Shown here piece after piece: positions 33,436 through 45,063 of a DNA stretch of 64,000 nt. Location: positions 17,329,608 to 17,393,607 of the forward strand of contig NW_026943821.1 in assembly GCF_035594765.1 (NCBI RefSeq), in the 5' to 3' direction. This stretch comes from Anolis carolinensis (lineage: Eukaryota). Below the pieces are notes generated by a model. It did no database searches. It saw only the letters and a list, made by a program, of their open reading frames with translations, and had not been told where the DNA came from. The number at the start of each line of letters is the position of its first letter. Positions within the stretch are counted from its first letter, which is position 1. Both the position numbers and the translations under genes were made by a program.

Positions 33436-36400
33436 TATGTCCAAAATATGATAGTCTATACCTAGGATTATCTGTTACATTGCATTTCCGACTTCTATGT
33501 TTGATTATGAAAGCTGGACAGCGGAACAAACTGATAGGCAGAGAATCGACCCATTTGAATTATCGTCCTGGATACTGCAAATTACCAAAAAGCAAATCAT
33601 ATCTGAACTCTTCCTAGAAGCCTAGACTACCCTTAGCTTTTCACAGATGAAAACGAAGAAACGTGTGGCCAAGCAACATAAGTGTGTGGTTAAAATGGCC
33701 AAAATATATATATATTTTTCCCGTGTCAGGAGCAACCAGAGTTAAATAAATAATTAAAAAGGAAGCAAAGACAGGCTAAGAGAGATAACAACAGTTTGTT
33801 TTCGCCTGAGCCTCCTGGGAGGGATGATTCCAGCCCTTCTTCTCCTCTGCTGAGTTGACTGCAATTTATTTTTTGCACTATGAACTCCATTTGCAGCAAT
33901 TATAAGCTAAGGACATAGCAGAAAACAAGCGGAAAGAAAAACTGGGCCACTTTAAAAGTGGGTCAACTAAGGAGTCATTAGAACCTGCCCAATTTGGACA
34001 ATTGGAGGGTGTGCACATGAAGTGTGAGAAACATTATTATCTGATGCACACTTCTGGGCCTATCTCCTTTTGATCTTTCTGGTCTTTGAAGCTTCATCAC
34101 ATTGTAAAACCATAAAGAGTTTTGTCTCAATGCATCTCAGGAAGTGGATTAATAGCCATGAAAGTGCTAGTTAAAACATAAACAAGTCTTAGAAGTACTA
34201 TTGCATTCTGTCCCCTCTTTTGCAGAGAGATTTAAAGTTTTTAATATTAGACATACATCAAACGGTTGCTGATAATCCAACATCGTGACTGTTCTAAATT
34301 AGTTGGAAGGGTGAGGAAGGTTGTGCTAGGAAACTGAGCCGCATTATTTTTAAAATGAGGGGCTCAGACCAATTAATTCAGTGTTTGCATTCGTATTCTT
34401 AATTATTAACTTTCTTTCTATCCCTCCTTTCATCTCATAGGGACTCAAGGTAGCCACCCAGAAGACCCTCAATGGCATCTCCATGAAAGTGAAGGGCTTT
34501 CTGCTGGTAATCAAATGCACAGTGATGGGCTATTTAGATTCTTTAGAAAGAGAAACACACCCAAACTTGGGAGAGAAAAAAGACTGAAGTTTCAGCATAA
34601 CATATAGGCCCTACAAAACCAAGATACCACAGACGAAAATATCTCTAATTTAAGCAACACATGGCACCATTTAGATTTTAAAAATGCTTAGAACACAGTC
34701 TCTATGGAAGATCTGAATACATGGACAGGCTGATATAGGGAGAGACAGTCATTCAAATATATGGCACAACCTAAAGCTGACGTATGGCATTATTATCTGA
34801 TTTCCACTTTTTCAAAATTGTACTCAGCCTGTTCCATTATCTCTGGTGCTCCTGGTATGAATGTGCCAATGCCTTGGTGGGGTTAATTTATTCCAACGGA
34901 GACACCACATTGCTCTCTTCCCCTCTCTATAAGCAACATTAATAAAAATAGATGGAAGACATGCCTACCACCCAAGATGGGTGAGAGAATGTGGAGACAT
35001 CTTCTTTAGCCTAACATAGCATTGCAGCCTGACCAGTTTTTTTAGCTAGATGCTGTGTGGGAATTCTTTCTTTCTTTCTCCAGGCTCTCTGAACTCCCTC
35101 TTTTTTCACATCTTCCCAGTCTCTAGCCTGTGTGGCCCTAGTATCTATTAAGAGTATATACGCAGTAAAAGGCATTGTTAATCTCCTTGAGAAGCAATTT
35201 AGTAATATGAGTGTATGATTAAAAGAATGCATGTCTAATGTGTCTGTCTCTGCCGTAGCATAAACTTGGGAGCTTGGTGTGGATACTAAAGATTCAATAA
35301 GCCTGCTCTTCCAAGAAGTACGTTTCCAGAATGAATGTTCCTTTTGCTCAATAAGTATTTATAATTCAGCGGGACCTCTAAGCCAGAGCTTTCCAAACAT
35401 TTAATGTCAATGACACACTTTTTAAACACGCATCATTTTGCGACACACTAATTCAGTTTTACTGGCAAATCGGAGGTTAAACCAACTCCTTATGAGAGCT
35501 ACAGACACATATATACATTGTAATAACGAAAAGTATGGGGAAGCTGCTTTGGAAATGTTAGTAAAGACTAGTAAAAAAATTAATTTAATCCATAATAGTC
35601 AAGGAAAGATTTCTGATTATTTCTGCCATGCAAGGGAAGGAGAAAAGCTTCTCCATTTTATGTTCCAGGAAGAACACACCTCCACCTATAAGTCAAGACA
35701 AAGCAGAGCATCATTCCAGCTTTTTATGTAATGGGGAAAAATTCTGTAATGGTCCACACCCTGTCCTGAATTAGAAGTCGATCTAGAAGTCCTTGATTCT
35801 TCTGTGTGCTGAGATCCTGTGGAAAAGTTTTCAACTAGTCAGCCTCATGGAATTGATGACATCTTTGCCTCACCCAGAGGCAGTTATCTTTTGAAGCAAC
35901 TGAACAAGCAGCCCTGGCACAGGTTTTATAGCTCATAAAGATCAGCACAAATACATTCATGCTAATATCTGGCTAAGGAAAATCATTAAAAAAGCATTGC
36001 AACAAGAAAACAAGGAAGCTGAGATGCCATAGTATCCAAAAAGCTGCTAAACAGTTGCTGTATGCCTCCAAGTTACTTCCAATGTAGGGCAAACTGAAGT
36101 TGTGGTGTTCTGGGTCTGAGAGTGTGTCACTTGCCCAAAGTCACCCAGTTGATTTCTCTAGCCTCTGTAGCCATTGTATCACGCTTGCTGTTGTTAAATG
36201 GTTAGCTTGGCTTGTGTGTGAGAGGGAGAGGAGTGTTTGAATGTTAGCTTTGGGGAAAAAACTCTTTACAAAGAATAACCTTTCACACCGCACATCTGTA
36301 AAAGAAGCTGGTAACTCAGAACTTGGGAAAACATAATTTTGCACTACGATCCTGGTCAATCTTGAATGCCAGTTCTAGAATATGGAGTGAGGGAAACAAC

Positions 36401-37901
36401 AGGGAAGAATTGTTGTCTTCAGAGCCTATTGATATTTTTCCAAAGATATAAAAAGCCTGGCCACAGTTTGAAAAGGGTGCTGGTCCAGGTTGGGTATCTG
36501 TAGCCCCATGGGTATCACTGGCCCCCATCTGGGATAGGATTCTATGTGTTTTACTCTTTTGAGCTCTGTTTATATTTTGTTAGGCTGGGCTTCATCTCAG
36601 TCCTCAAATACTGTACATATAATAGTTTTAAAATCAATTGTAGTCTCTGCTCGGTTTCTGAATAAAATGGATGTAGTTTTTCTCTAATAAAAAAATAACC
36701 AGATATAGAAAGTACGTTCTAGAATTGGGGTCACACCATACTGCTAGAAGTTGACCATAGCGTCAAGCTGGACAACTTAGTTTTCAAGATAATGTTCTCT
36801 CAGATTTAAAAAAATAGCACTTTTATTAACTTTAGTGAATGTGGCAGCCTATATGTGTTCTTCTTTATTCATTTTTGATTGTGGTGAAGATAGCATATGT
36901 CGTAGCCTGGTTTGTTGGAGAGCATGGCATTTGCTTGTCATATAGTAATGTAATGTTGCATAACCTTGCAATGTGACCCAAAGAGTGTGAAGGTGTAGCT
37001 ACTTTGATCCCCCAACCAGCACGGAGGGACTGCAGTCCAGCACTTCTAGAGGGAATCTGGTTGCTGAACACTACTTTGTGTTAACAGGCTGCAAACATTT
37101 GAAAACCTCATGATCACTCATTCATTTGGTAGGATAACAAGGATCCAGTCACACAAGGAATTTAGCAAATGACAGCATTCCTCTGCTTGGGAGTGGGTGA
37201 GCTAAGTTGCTATTGCCAGTTATATTGGATGGGTCAAGTATATAAGGAGTCTTCCTGTGTGCTTTATCCAGTCCTTTACTTGAGTGAGCTGCAGTCAAAC
37301 CTGGGAGCAAGACAGGCCTGCTTTCCACAATGGTGAAGACCTGATTATAACTTCTGAGCAGAGCCCCAGCACTGTAGGTTGTTACTATGAATACAATCCT
37401 TTAATTGTTGTCTTGCGCTGCGCTTTTCACTTCACACCCTCTCCTCTGCCTAGATTATAGCCTGAAGCAGAGGACAAAGTGATGTTGTAGGAAACATCAG
37501 ACTCACTCCACCCTCTCAAAGGCACTGCAACAGGATGAGAATAAATTCAGTTGTCTCATGCTGAAATAATACTATTTAAACTGCAGTGGAAGGGAAGCCA
37601 GTTCAGGGTAACATTAGACTCATTGTTTTCCACAGAGTTTATCACATTATCCTACACCTGACTTAACTGTAAAAGGCACTCAGCCAGCAGGGATGTCAAC
37701 TCCCCTGCTGCTTTTCTAGCCCAGGCTTGTGTACTTTTAAGCAGCATCTCATCAGCGAGCTATTAAGAAAAGGTTATTCATTAGGTAATGCTGCCCAATT
37801 TGGCTCCCAATGACCTGCTTAAAATGAAACTCAACATCTGATATGGTAGTTGAAGGCAAATGGCAGAGGCTTTATTCAATCCACAGAAGAGATGCAATGT
37901 A

Positions 37902-38221
37902 CAGTAGAGTCTCACTTATCAAAGCTAAACGGGCCGGCAGAACCTTGGATAAGTGAATATTTTGGATAATAAGGAGGGATTAAGGAAAAGCCTATTAAAC
38001 ATCAAATTAGGTTATGATTTTACAAATTAAGCACCAAAACATGTTATACAACAAATTTGACAGAAAAAGTAATTCAATACACAGTAATGTTATGTTGTAA
38101 TTACTGTATTTGCGAATTTAGCACCAAAATATCATGATATATTGAAAACATTGACTACAAAAATGCCTTGGATAATCCAGAAACTTGGATAAGTGAGGCT
38201 TGGATAAATGAGACTCTACTG
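37902..38221. mobile_element. Tc1/mariner MITE, family A
   Basis: TIRs; TA TSD; adjacent CR1 fragment at 38230-38400. Confidence 0.9.
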
Positions 38222-39247
38222 TACTGCAATTTGAAGCCATTGTTTCGCATCCTAGTCTCCAGGGCAGCAGAAAACAAGCTTGCTTCCTCCTCCCTATGAC
38301 TTCACCTCATATATTTATACATGGCTATCATGTCTCCTCTCAGCCTTCTCTTCTGCAGGCTAAACATGCCCAGCTCTTTAAGCTGCTCCTCATAGGGCTT
38401 GCTTGCCTCTCCTGCCCATCACAAACCAAGACCTTTCTCATGCCCAAGAAAGATTTTCTTGGCTTATGTTGTGTAACCAGAAGTGGGTAGTTAAACTGAC
38501 TGATTTATGGTTGCAAATCACTATTTAGTTGTTGAATATGTGAATATTACTGTTGAAGGGAGGATATGTTTGTCCTAAGTAGCAGATACAGGAGGAGAGA
38601 GCATGTTTAGGCTGGTTCGAACTGTCTTATGTCAGTTCACCTGGCTTCTGGACATGAAATACATCCTCTCTTGCTGCAAGAAGGAAAATATTGTGGGGAA
38701 ATGCATTTGGCACCAGGGCAGGCTTATACCTGCATACATCTCAAAGAGCCCCAGTTAATTTTCCTCCAAAATGCTAGCTAGAGTATCTGAGAATGTTGAG
38801 CATGCAGAGCTTGGTTACTATAGTCTTTCTTGTCATTACACTTGACATTCTGAGTCATGCGTGAAGCTATATGGGTTCCTTACAGCTTGGAGCAACTCCT
38901 ATGGAAAGCAGTGTTGTTACTTAATGAGACTGTTCAGAACCAATGCCGTTAAAGAGTCACATAAGCCGAAGTCCTGACTAAGGCATTTCTTCCCCCATCA
39001 TACTTTGTCCCAATATGATCACATTATCAGCACATTAGAAATAGATAATCCTAAGTTTATTGATCACCTCTGAAACAGGCTGTCGCTAGAGAGGATTGTG
39101 TGGAGCACAGAGAGGCAGCCCCACCACAGTTCTCCATGACTTAAATCCTGCCCTGGTCCCATAGAAGGGGGAAATCAAAAAACACAGCCAGTTCATCAAA
39201 AAGAGTTAAAAATCTTCATGTTGCTGCCACCGAGGAAGAGAGATTCA

Positions 39248-42009
39248 TCAGGGGGTGCCCAGGGGAATAGTGAAGGAGAGGTAGTCGCCAAGCTCACCCC
39301 AATCGGCCCGTCGCGCCTGGAAGATGCTGATCCATGTGGTGAGTACAATCACCCAGAAAAGAAGACCCACAGCTGAACGCTGGACATCTGGGACAAGAAG
39401 AGGATGAAATAAGAGAAATGGCTTTCCCTTCCTGCAATGTAGTGCCATCTTCCCTTTGAAAATGTAAGAGCTTTCCCCCCATTTAGGCTCAATTCCATGC
39501 CCTGACTGGCAGTATCCAACCTCCCACTAGTACCCATCCACTCGGTAGGACTTCCAGTTCTCCCTCTCTAGTTACTCACAGCGCTTAATCTGTAGTTGCT
39601 CTGTATATGCTGGTGCCAGAAATGCCTCACGGAAAAACCAGAAAACATTCACCAACCACAGGAAGGGAAGCAAAGCAAAGCCACCTGGAGATATGGAAGA
39701 GAGAAATTATCAGTATTTTTCCCATCGGTGCCTAATGAAAATGCTCCACTATTCTGGTATTTTAATAATGGAAAATGTATGTAGCACCTTCCATATGAAC
39801 AGGCAGATGTTCCAATGATAGCCCAAATGCCCTCACACAGTAGTTGAGTTCACTAGGATCAGCGCAATTCCTTCAGCCTAACCTACCCAAAGGGGCTGTT
39901 GTGAAGCTAAAGTAATGAAGATGAGGGGAGGGAATAATACACTCTGTTCTCAGGTCTTGAACAGTAAAATATTGAAAAGTAGATTCCTGTTTGCATTGAA
40001 AGAAATCAGGAAAAGACACAATGAACTACAAGAATGGATTTTTCAGAATCAGGATTACAAAGTGTTGTTGAAGGCTTTCATGGCCGGAATCACAGGGTTG
40101 TTGTTGTGTATGGCCATGTTCCAAAAGAATTCTCTCCTGATGTTTCGTCCACATCTATGGCAGGTATCCTCAGAAGTTGTGAGGTATATTGGAAAAAACT
40201 AGTTGCTTAGGATAATAAAATACACTTAAAACAGTTAAAAACAATTGAAAACCATACAATCATAATTGATCACATAATCCACAAGCATAAACCACGCCAT
40301 TCTTATAGTCATAGCATATCATTCCATATCTGTTTATTATAATTATATTATTACAATTATATAATTATTATTATATACCTATGGAAAGTCCCAACAAAGG
40401 ATTCCCCCAGGCAGGAAGCAGCCAGGCTTTGGTTTTAAGTCTTTGTTAATTGACTGTATCTCTTATGCGCTTATGTTGTATTATGTTGGAATTGCTGTAC
40501 GGTTTTTAACTTGTTGTTTTCTGTTGTATTGTAAATCACCCTGAGTCCCTTGAGGAGATAGGGTGGTATATAAATAAAGTTTTCTTTTATTATTGTAAAA
40601 TAATAATTTACCTGTCGGAACATATCTTCCCTTGTGAACCACCTCGAAGATTAAGATCATTGGTGCAGGCCCTGCTCTCGGTCTAGCCTGTTTCGCAAGC
40701 GCAGCTGGTGGGGATGAGAGACAGGGCCTTCTCGGTGGTGACTCCTCAATTGTGGAAGTTCCTCCCTAGTGATATAAGATCGGCCCCCTCCCTTCTAGTC
40801 TTCAGGAAGAAAGTGAAGTCCTGGCTCTGGGATCAAGCCTTTGGTTAAGAGCGTAGTGCAATAATACATGTATATTTGTTCAACGATCATGGAACAGCTT
40901 AGACTATGTCTCTTGGACAGCATGATTTTAATTGACTATTAGGTTTTAATGTTGTTGTTTAACTTTAATTTTGTAAACAAATTTAATATGTTGGATATGT
41001 GTTTTATATGTACTGGACAAGTGCCTGTGTAAGCCGCCTTGAGTAGTCCCCTTCGGGGTTGAGAAAGCCAGTCAAAAATGTGGTAAATAAATAAATAAAT
41101 ATTACAGTAGAGTCTCACTTACCCAACATTCACTTATCCAACGTTCTGGATATTTTGTGATATTTTGGTGCTAAATTCGTAAATACAGTAATTACTACAT
41201 AGCATTACTGCGTATTGAACTACTTTTTCTGTCAAATTTGTTGTATAACATGATGTTTTGGTGCTTAATTTGTAAAATCATAACCTACTTTGATGTTTAA
41301 TAGGCTTCTTCTTAATCTCTCCTTATTATCCAACATATTTGCTTATCCAACGTTCTGGCGGCCCGTTTATGTTGGATAAGTGAGACTCTACTGTACGTAT
41401 TTGACACTGCAAGGCTATTCAATGCTAATCAAGATGGCCAATTGCAACATTCACATTTACCTCCAACAGACATGAGTTCTTTCCCCCACCCTGGACTTTC
41501 CAGATATAAACCTCACTTGACTAGTTTCCAACAGACCTCACAACCTCTGTGGATGCCTGCCATAGATGGGGGAGAAACGTCAGGAGAGAATGCTTCAGGA
41601 ACATGGCCATACAGCCTGGAAAACTCACAGCAACCTAATGACAGATTAATAAACTTCGCCCATGTTTTTATGACAGAACCAATTGGGAAATGACACTGAT
41701 AACAGAGAAACAAAAATCGTGTTACACAGTGGTAATAATAACAATAGTCGAGTGAGGCTCTAAGGCAGGCATAGGCAAACTTCGGCCCTCCAGGTGTTTT
41801 GGACTTCAACTCCCACAATTCCTAACAGCCTACCGGCTGTTAGGAATTGTGGGAGTTGAAGTCCAAAACACCTGGAGGGCCGAAGTTTGCCCATGCCTGC
41901 TCTAAGGTCAGAAGGCCGACTAGGCCGCGAACAGAGGCCCTCACTCACCCAGGTAGTACTTCCGACAAAGGCTGAGCTTGTCCTCGTTGGAAACTCGCTC
42001 TAAGTTCAT
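39248..42009 (-). CDS. PSENEN: PSENEN (PEN-2), gamma-secretase subunit, 101 aa
   Basis: Exons 41949-42009, 39580-39684, 39248-39387; [33 protein letters not shown]...[13 protein letters not shown]; poly(A) signal at 39056-39061. Confidence 0.98.
40600..41100 (+). mobile_element. L2 LINE 3' fragment
   Basis: Homologous to 6488-7181 in the opposite orientation; (TAAA)n tail. Confidence 0.65.
41105..41393. mobile_element. Tc1/mariner MITE, family A
   Basis: TIRs; TA TSD. Confidence 0.9.
41405..41635 (+). mobile_element. Penelope pLTR fragment with a degenerate hammerhead core (ctgtgga)
   Basis: Homology to the other copies. Confidence 0.75.
41766..41899. mobile_element. Palindromic hAT MITE
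   Basis: Near-perfect fold-back caggcat.ggcaaacttcggccctccaggtg...; 8-bp TSD ctctaagg; partial relatives at about 8801-8890, 22441, 42320-42613, 43780-43844 and 49880-49945. Confidence 0.9.
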
Positions 42010-42312
42010 GGCGCCGCCCGCTTCTTCTCCCCGGAGCAGGGATTTGAGGGGGAAGGAAGCCTCGTAGTCGGCTGCTCGGGCGAGAAAGTGTGGAGGCCGC
42101 GGAGAGACAGAGCCGGAGCTAGGCCCGAAGCCTTCCTTCGGCAAAGGAAACAACAGAGGCTGCTCACCAGGCAACAACACGGGCCCTTCTGAACGGCCAC
42201 TTCCTCAATCTGAGGCGCTTCCGGTCGAGAGGCACTCTAGGATTTGGGAGTCAGCTGTGTGACAGGGTGTGGCTGCGGACCATAGAGTCAGGAAACGCAG
42301 ATTGCTACAACA
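41910..42312. promoter_or_regulatory. PSENEN CpG island, promoter and likely non-coding first exon
   Basis: CpG rich; ETS-like cttccgg; minus-strand donor gtgagc near 42167. Confidence 0.6.
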
Positions 42313-42754
42313 GGTATGTTAGGCTGTTAGGAATGGTGGGAGTTGAAGTCCAAAACACCTGGAGGATGGCTCAAGTTTGCCATGCCTGATATAGAGGTGT
42401 GCATAAGCTTATTCGTCTTGGTTTCCTGGGAGAGTTCAGGCTTTAATTAAAGGAAAAGACCTGAGGCTATTGGGAATGGTAGGAGTTGAAGTCCAAAGCA
42501 CCTGAAGGGAAGGCCCAAGTTTGCCCATGAGGTTGAAGGGGAAAACGATGGGGCCTGAGGCTGTTAGGAATGGTGGGAGTTGAAGTCCAAAACACCAAGT
42601 TTGCCCATGCCTGGCCTAGCATTATTTGGAAGACCAGAAAGGAGCTAAATGTGGTGTTCTCTAAAAGGTAATCAGAAATTATTTATTTATTTACTACATT
42701 TATATCCCGCCCTTCTCACCTCGAAGTAGACTCAGATCAGCTTACTAATTATAG

Positions 42755-43467
42755 TAAAAGGTAAAGGTTTCCCCTGACGTTAAGTCCAGTCATGTCTGAC
42801 TCTGGGGGTTGGTGCTCATCTCCATTTCTAAGCCGAAGAGCCAGCGTTGTCTGTAGACACCTCCAAGGTCATGTGGCCGGCATGACTTCATGGAGCGCTG
42901 TTACCTTCCGGCCGGAGCGGTACCTATTGATCTACTCACATTTACATGTTTTCGAACTTCTAGGTTGGCAGGAGCTGGGGCCAACAGCGGACGCTCATTC
43001 CGTTCCCGGGATTTGAACCTGGGACCTTTCGGTCTGCAAGTTCAGCAGCTCAGCACTTTAACACACTGTGCCACCAGAGGCTCCTTCTTACAAATTATAT
43101 ATAAATACAATACATTATATTATCATAGCACAATATTAGGGGGCCTCCGGAGGCGTAGTGTAGCGCTGAGCTGCTGAACTTGCAGATCAATATGGTTGCA
43201 GGTTTGAATCCGGGGAGCAGAATGAGCGCCTGCTGTTAGCCCCAGCTTCTGCCAATCTAGCAGTTCAAAAACATGCAAATGTCAGTAGATCAATAGGTAC
43301 CGCTCTGGCCAGAAGGTAATGGCGCTCCACACAGTCATGCCGGCCACATGACCTTGGAGGTGTCTACGGACAATGCTGGCTCTTCGGCTTAGAAATGGAG
43401 ATGAGCGCCAACCCCCAGAGTCGGACATGACTGGACTTAATGTCAGGAGAAACCTTTACCTTTACCC
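42755..43467. mobile_element. Two head-to-head Sauria SINEs (42755-43083 minus; 43140-43467 plus)
   Basis: Full tRNA-like heads and acctttacct tails; second copy flanked by caatattag. Confidence 0.85.
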
Positions 43468-44473
43468 TTAGAACAATATTAGCATTAAAATACTATATTA
43501 TACTATATCACTACTAAATTAGCAGGATTCTTAATTTTCTGATTTTGTTTTTGCAGCCCAGATGGCCTTCTTAATTAGGAGTCACTTGTAAGTCGGATGT
43601 TTGTAACTCGGAGACTGCCTGTGCTCCAAGCTGTCACAGATAAAAGGATGCAAGGCTGTTCCCTTTTGCCCCAGAAGATAGGGCCAGCTCTAATGGTCTG
43701 AAGATACAGACTAGATTTTAACTGGACATTAGAAATAATGTCTTGGTAATAGTGGTTTGGCAATGGAATCAATCTCTTAGAACTGTTAGGAATTGTGGGA
43801 GTTGAAGTCCAAAACACCTGGAGGGCCAAAGTTTGCCCAGGCCTGTCCTAGAGAGATGACATGATCTCCTTCTTCAAAAAGAGGCTGGACAGTTGCAGGC
43901 TGGGGATGTTTATTTGAAAATCCTGCATGGACTGGATGGCCCATGACACCCCTTCTAACTCTAGGATTCTGTGATTCAATGGACACACACACAGGATGTG
44001 TTCAGTATGTAGAGGAGAAAATGCTTATAATTCTCTAAATGTTCTGGATTTGTAGTAGAATCATTGCCAATGTGGCCACAATGTTATACATAAGTTGAGC
44101 AATATGTAAGCTGCCTTGAGTCCCCCTTAGGGTTGAGAAAAGCTGGGTATAAGTAAGGTAAATAATAAAATTAATAAGATGGGTAGGGAACTGTTAGCCA
44201 TACAGATGTTTAGGATTTCAACACCCAATAATCCTTTGCCAATTGTGATGCGCGGGTTTCTAGAACTTGAAGACCAAAAGATCTGTAGAGATAGAGTCCC
44301 AATCGCTGAAGCCCGACATTTTGTGCCTTTAGTTTTAATATCACAAGCTGCCCACTTCCCAACCCTCCAAATCATTGTTTCTAGACAAACACACACCACC
44401 TTGTTAAAAAATTGCCTTCAGACTAAGCATAGACCAATGGAAGCCACATGGCAAACTCGTGTCAAAATTGCGT

Positions 44474-44479
44474 TTTATT
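44474..44479 (-). terminator. KMT2B candidate polyadenylation signal
   Basis: AATAAA on the minus strand about 590 nt after the stop codon. Confidence 0.5.
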
Positions 44480-45063
44480 TAAAATTATACCAACAAGAAT
44501 CCAACCCTTTACCATCTGAGTTGACTGAGCATCTTAAATAAAAAAGTGCATAGAAAATAAACAGGTTTAGAAATTTGTACAAATATTTACATCCTCCTGG
44601 GTTTGATGTTTTTTTTTAAACAGAGAATCTAAAGCAGAGGGAAAGGGAATCACAAAAATCTTAAGTACAAAATTAAAGAAAAGGATGTTCTTGCCCCACA
44701 AATGAGGAGAGGGAAGGAGAATATTAGGATTTTTAAGCAGATGGGCACAAAGAAGGGATCACCCATCCCACACTTGCCCCATATCTCTGCTTATCATAAT
44801 TTCAAGCCACAGACTCAAAAACGGTGAGGCCACTGCCAAGAGCCCCTCCCCTTCTCACAGAAAAGGGGTATCGCAGTCGTTCCTTGGAGATGAGTCACTC
44901 TCATCCCACAACTATGTTCAGGTGATGAGACAGTCTTGCAGGAGCCTGCTTGGAAAGGAATGGCGAGGCTAAATTCCCTCCATGCCATTCCGTTTGCCTC
45001 CTATTTCCAGGACTAGGTTGGGACAGGATACACATCTGAGAAGTCAGGACAGGGAAGAGTCTT

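Noticed and set aside
33500-39000. Hidden gene between HSPB6 and PSENEN
   Set aside because: No coherent chain of exons or recognisable protein found by eye; non-coding transcripts cannot be excluded
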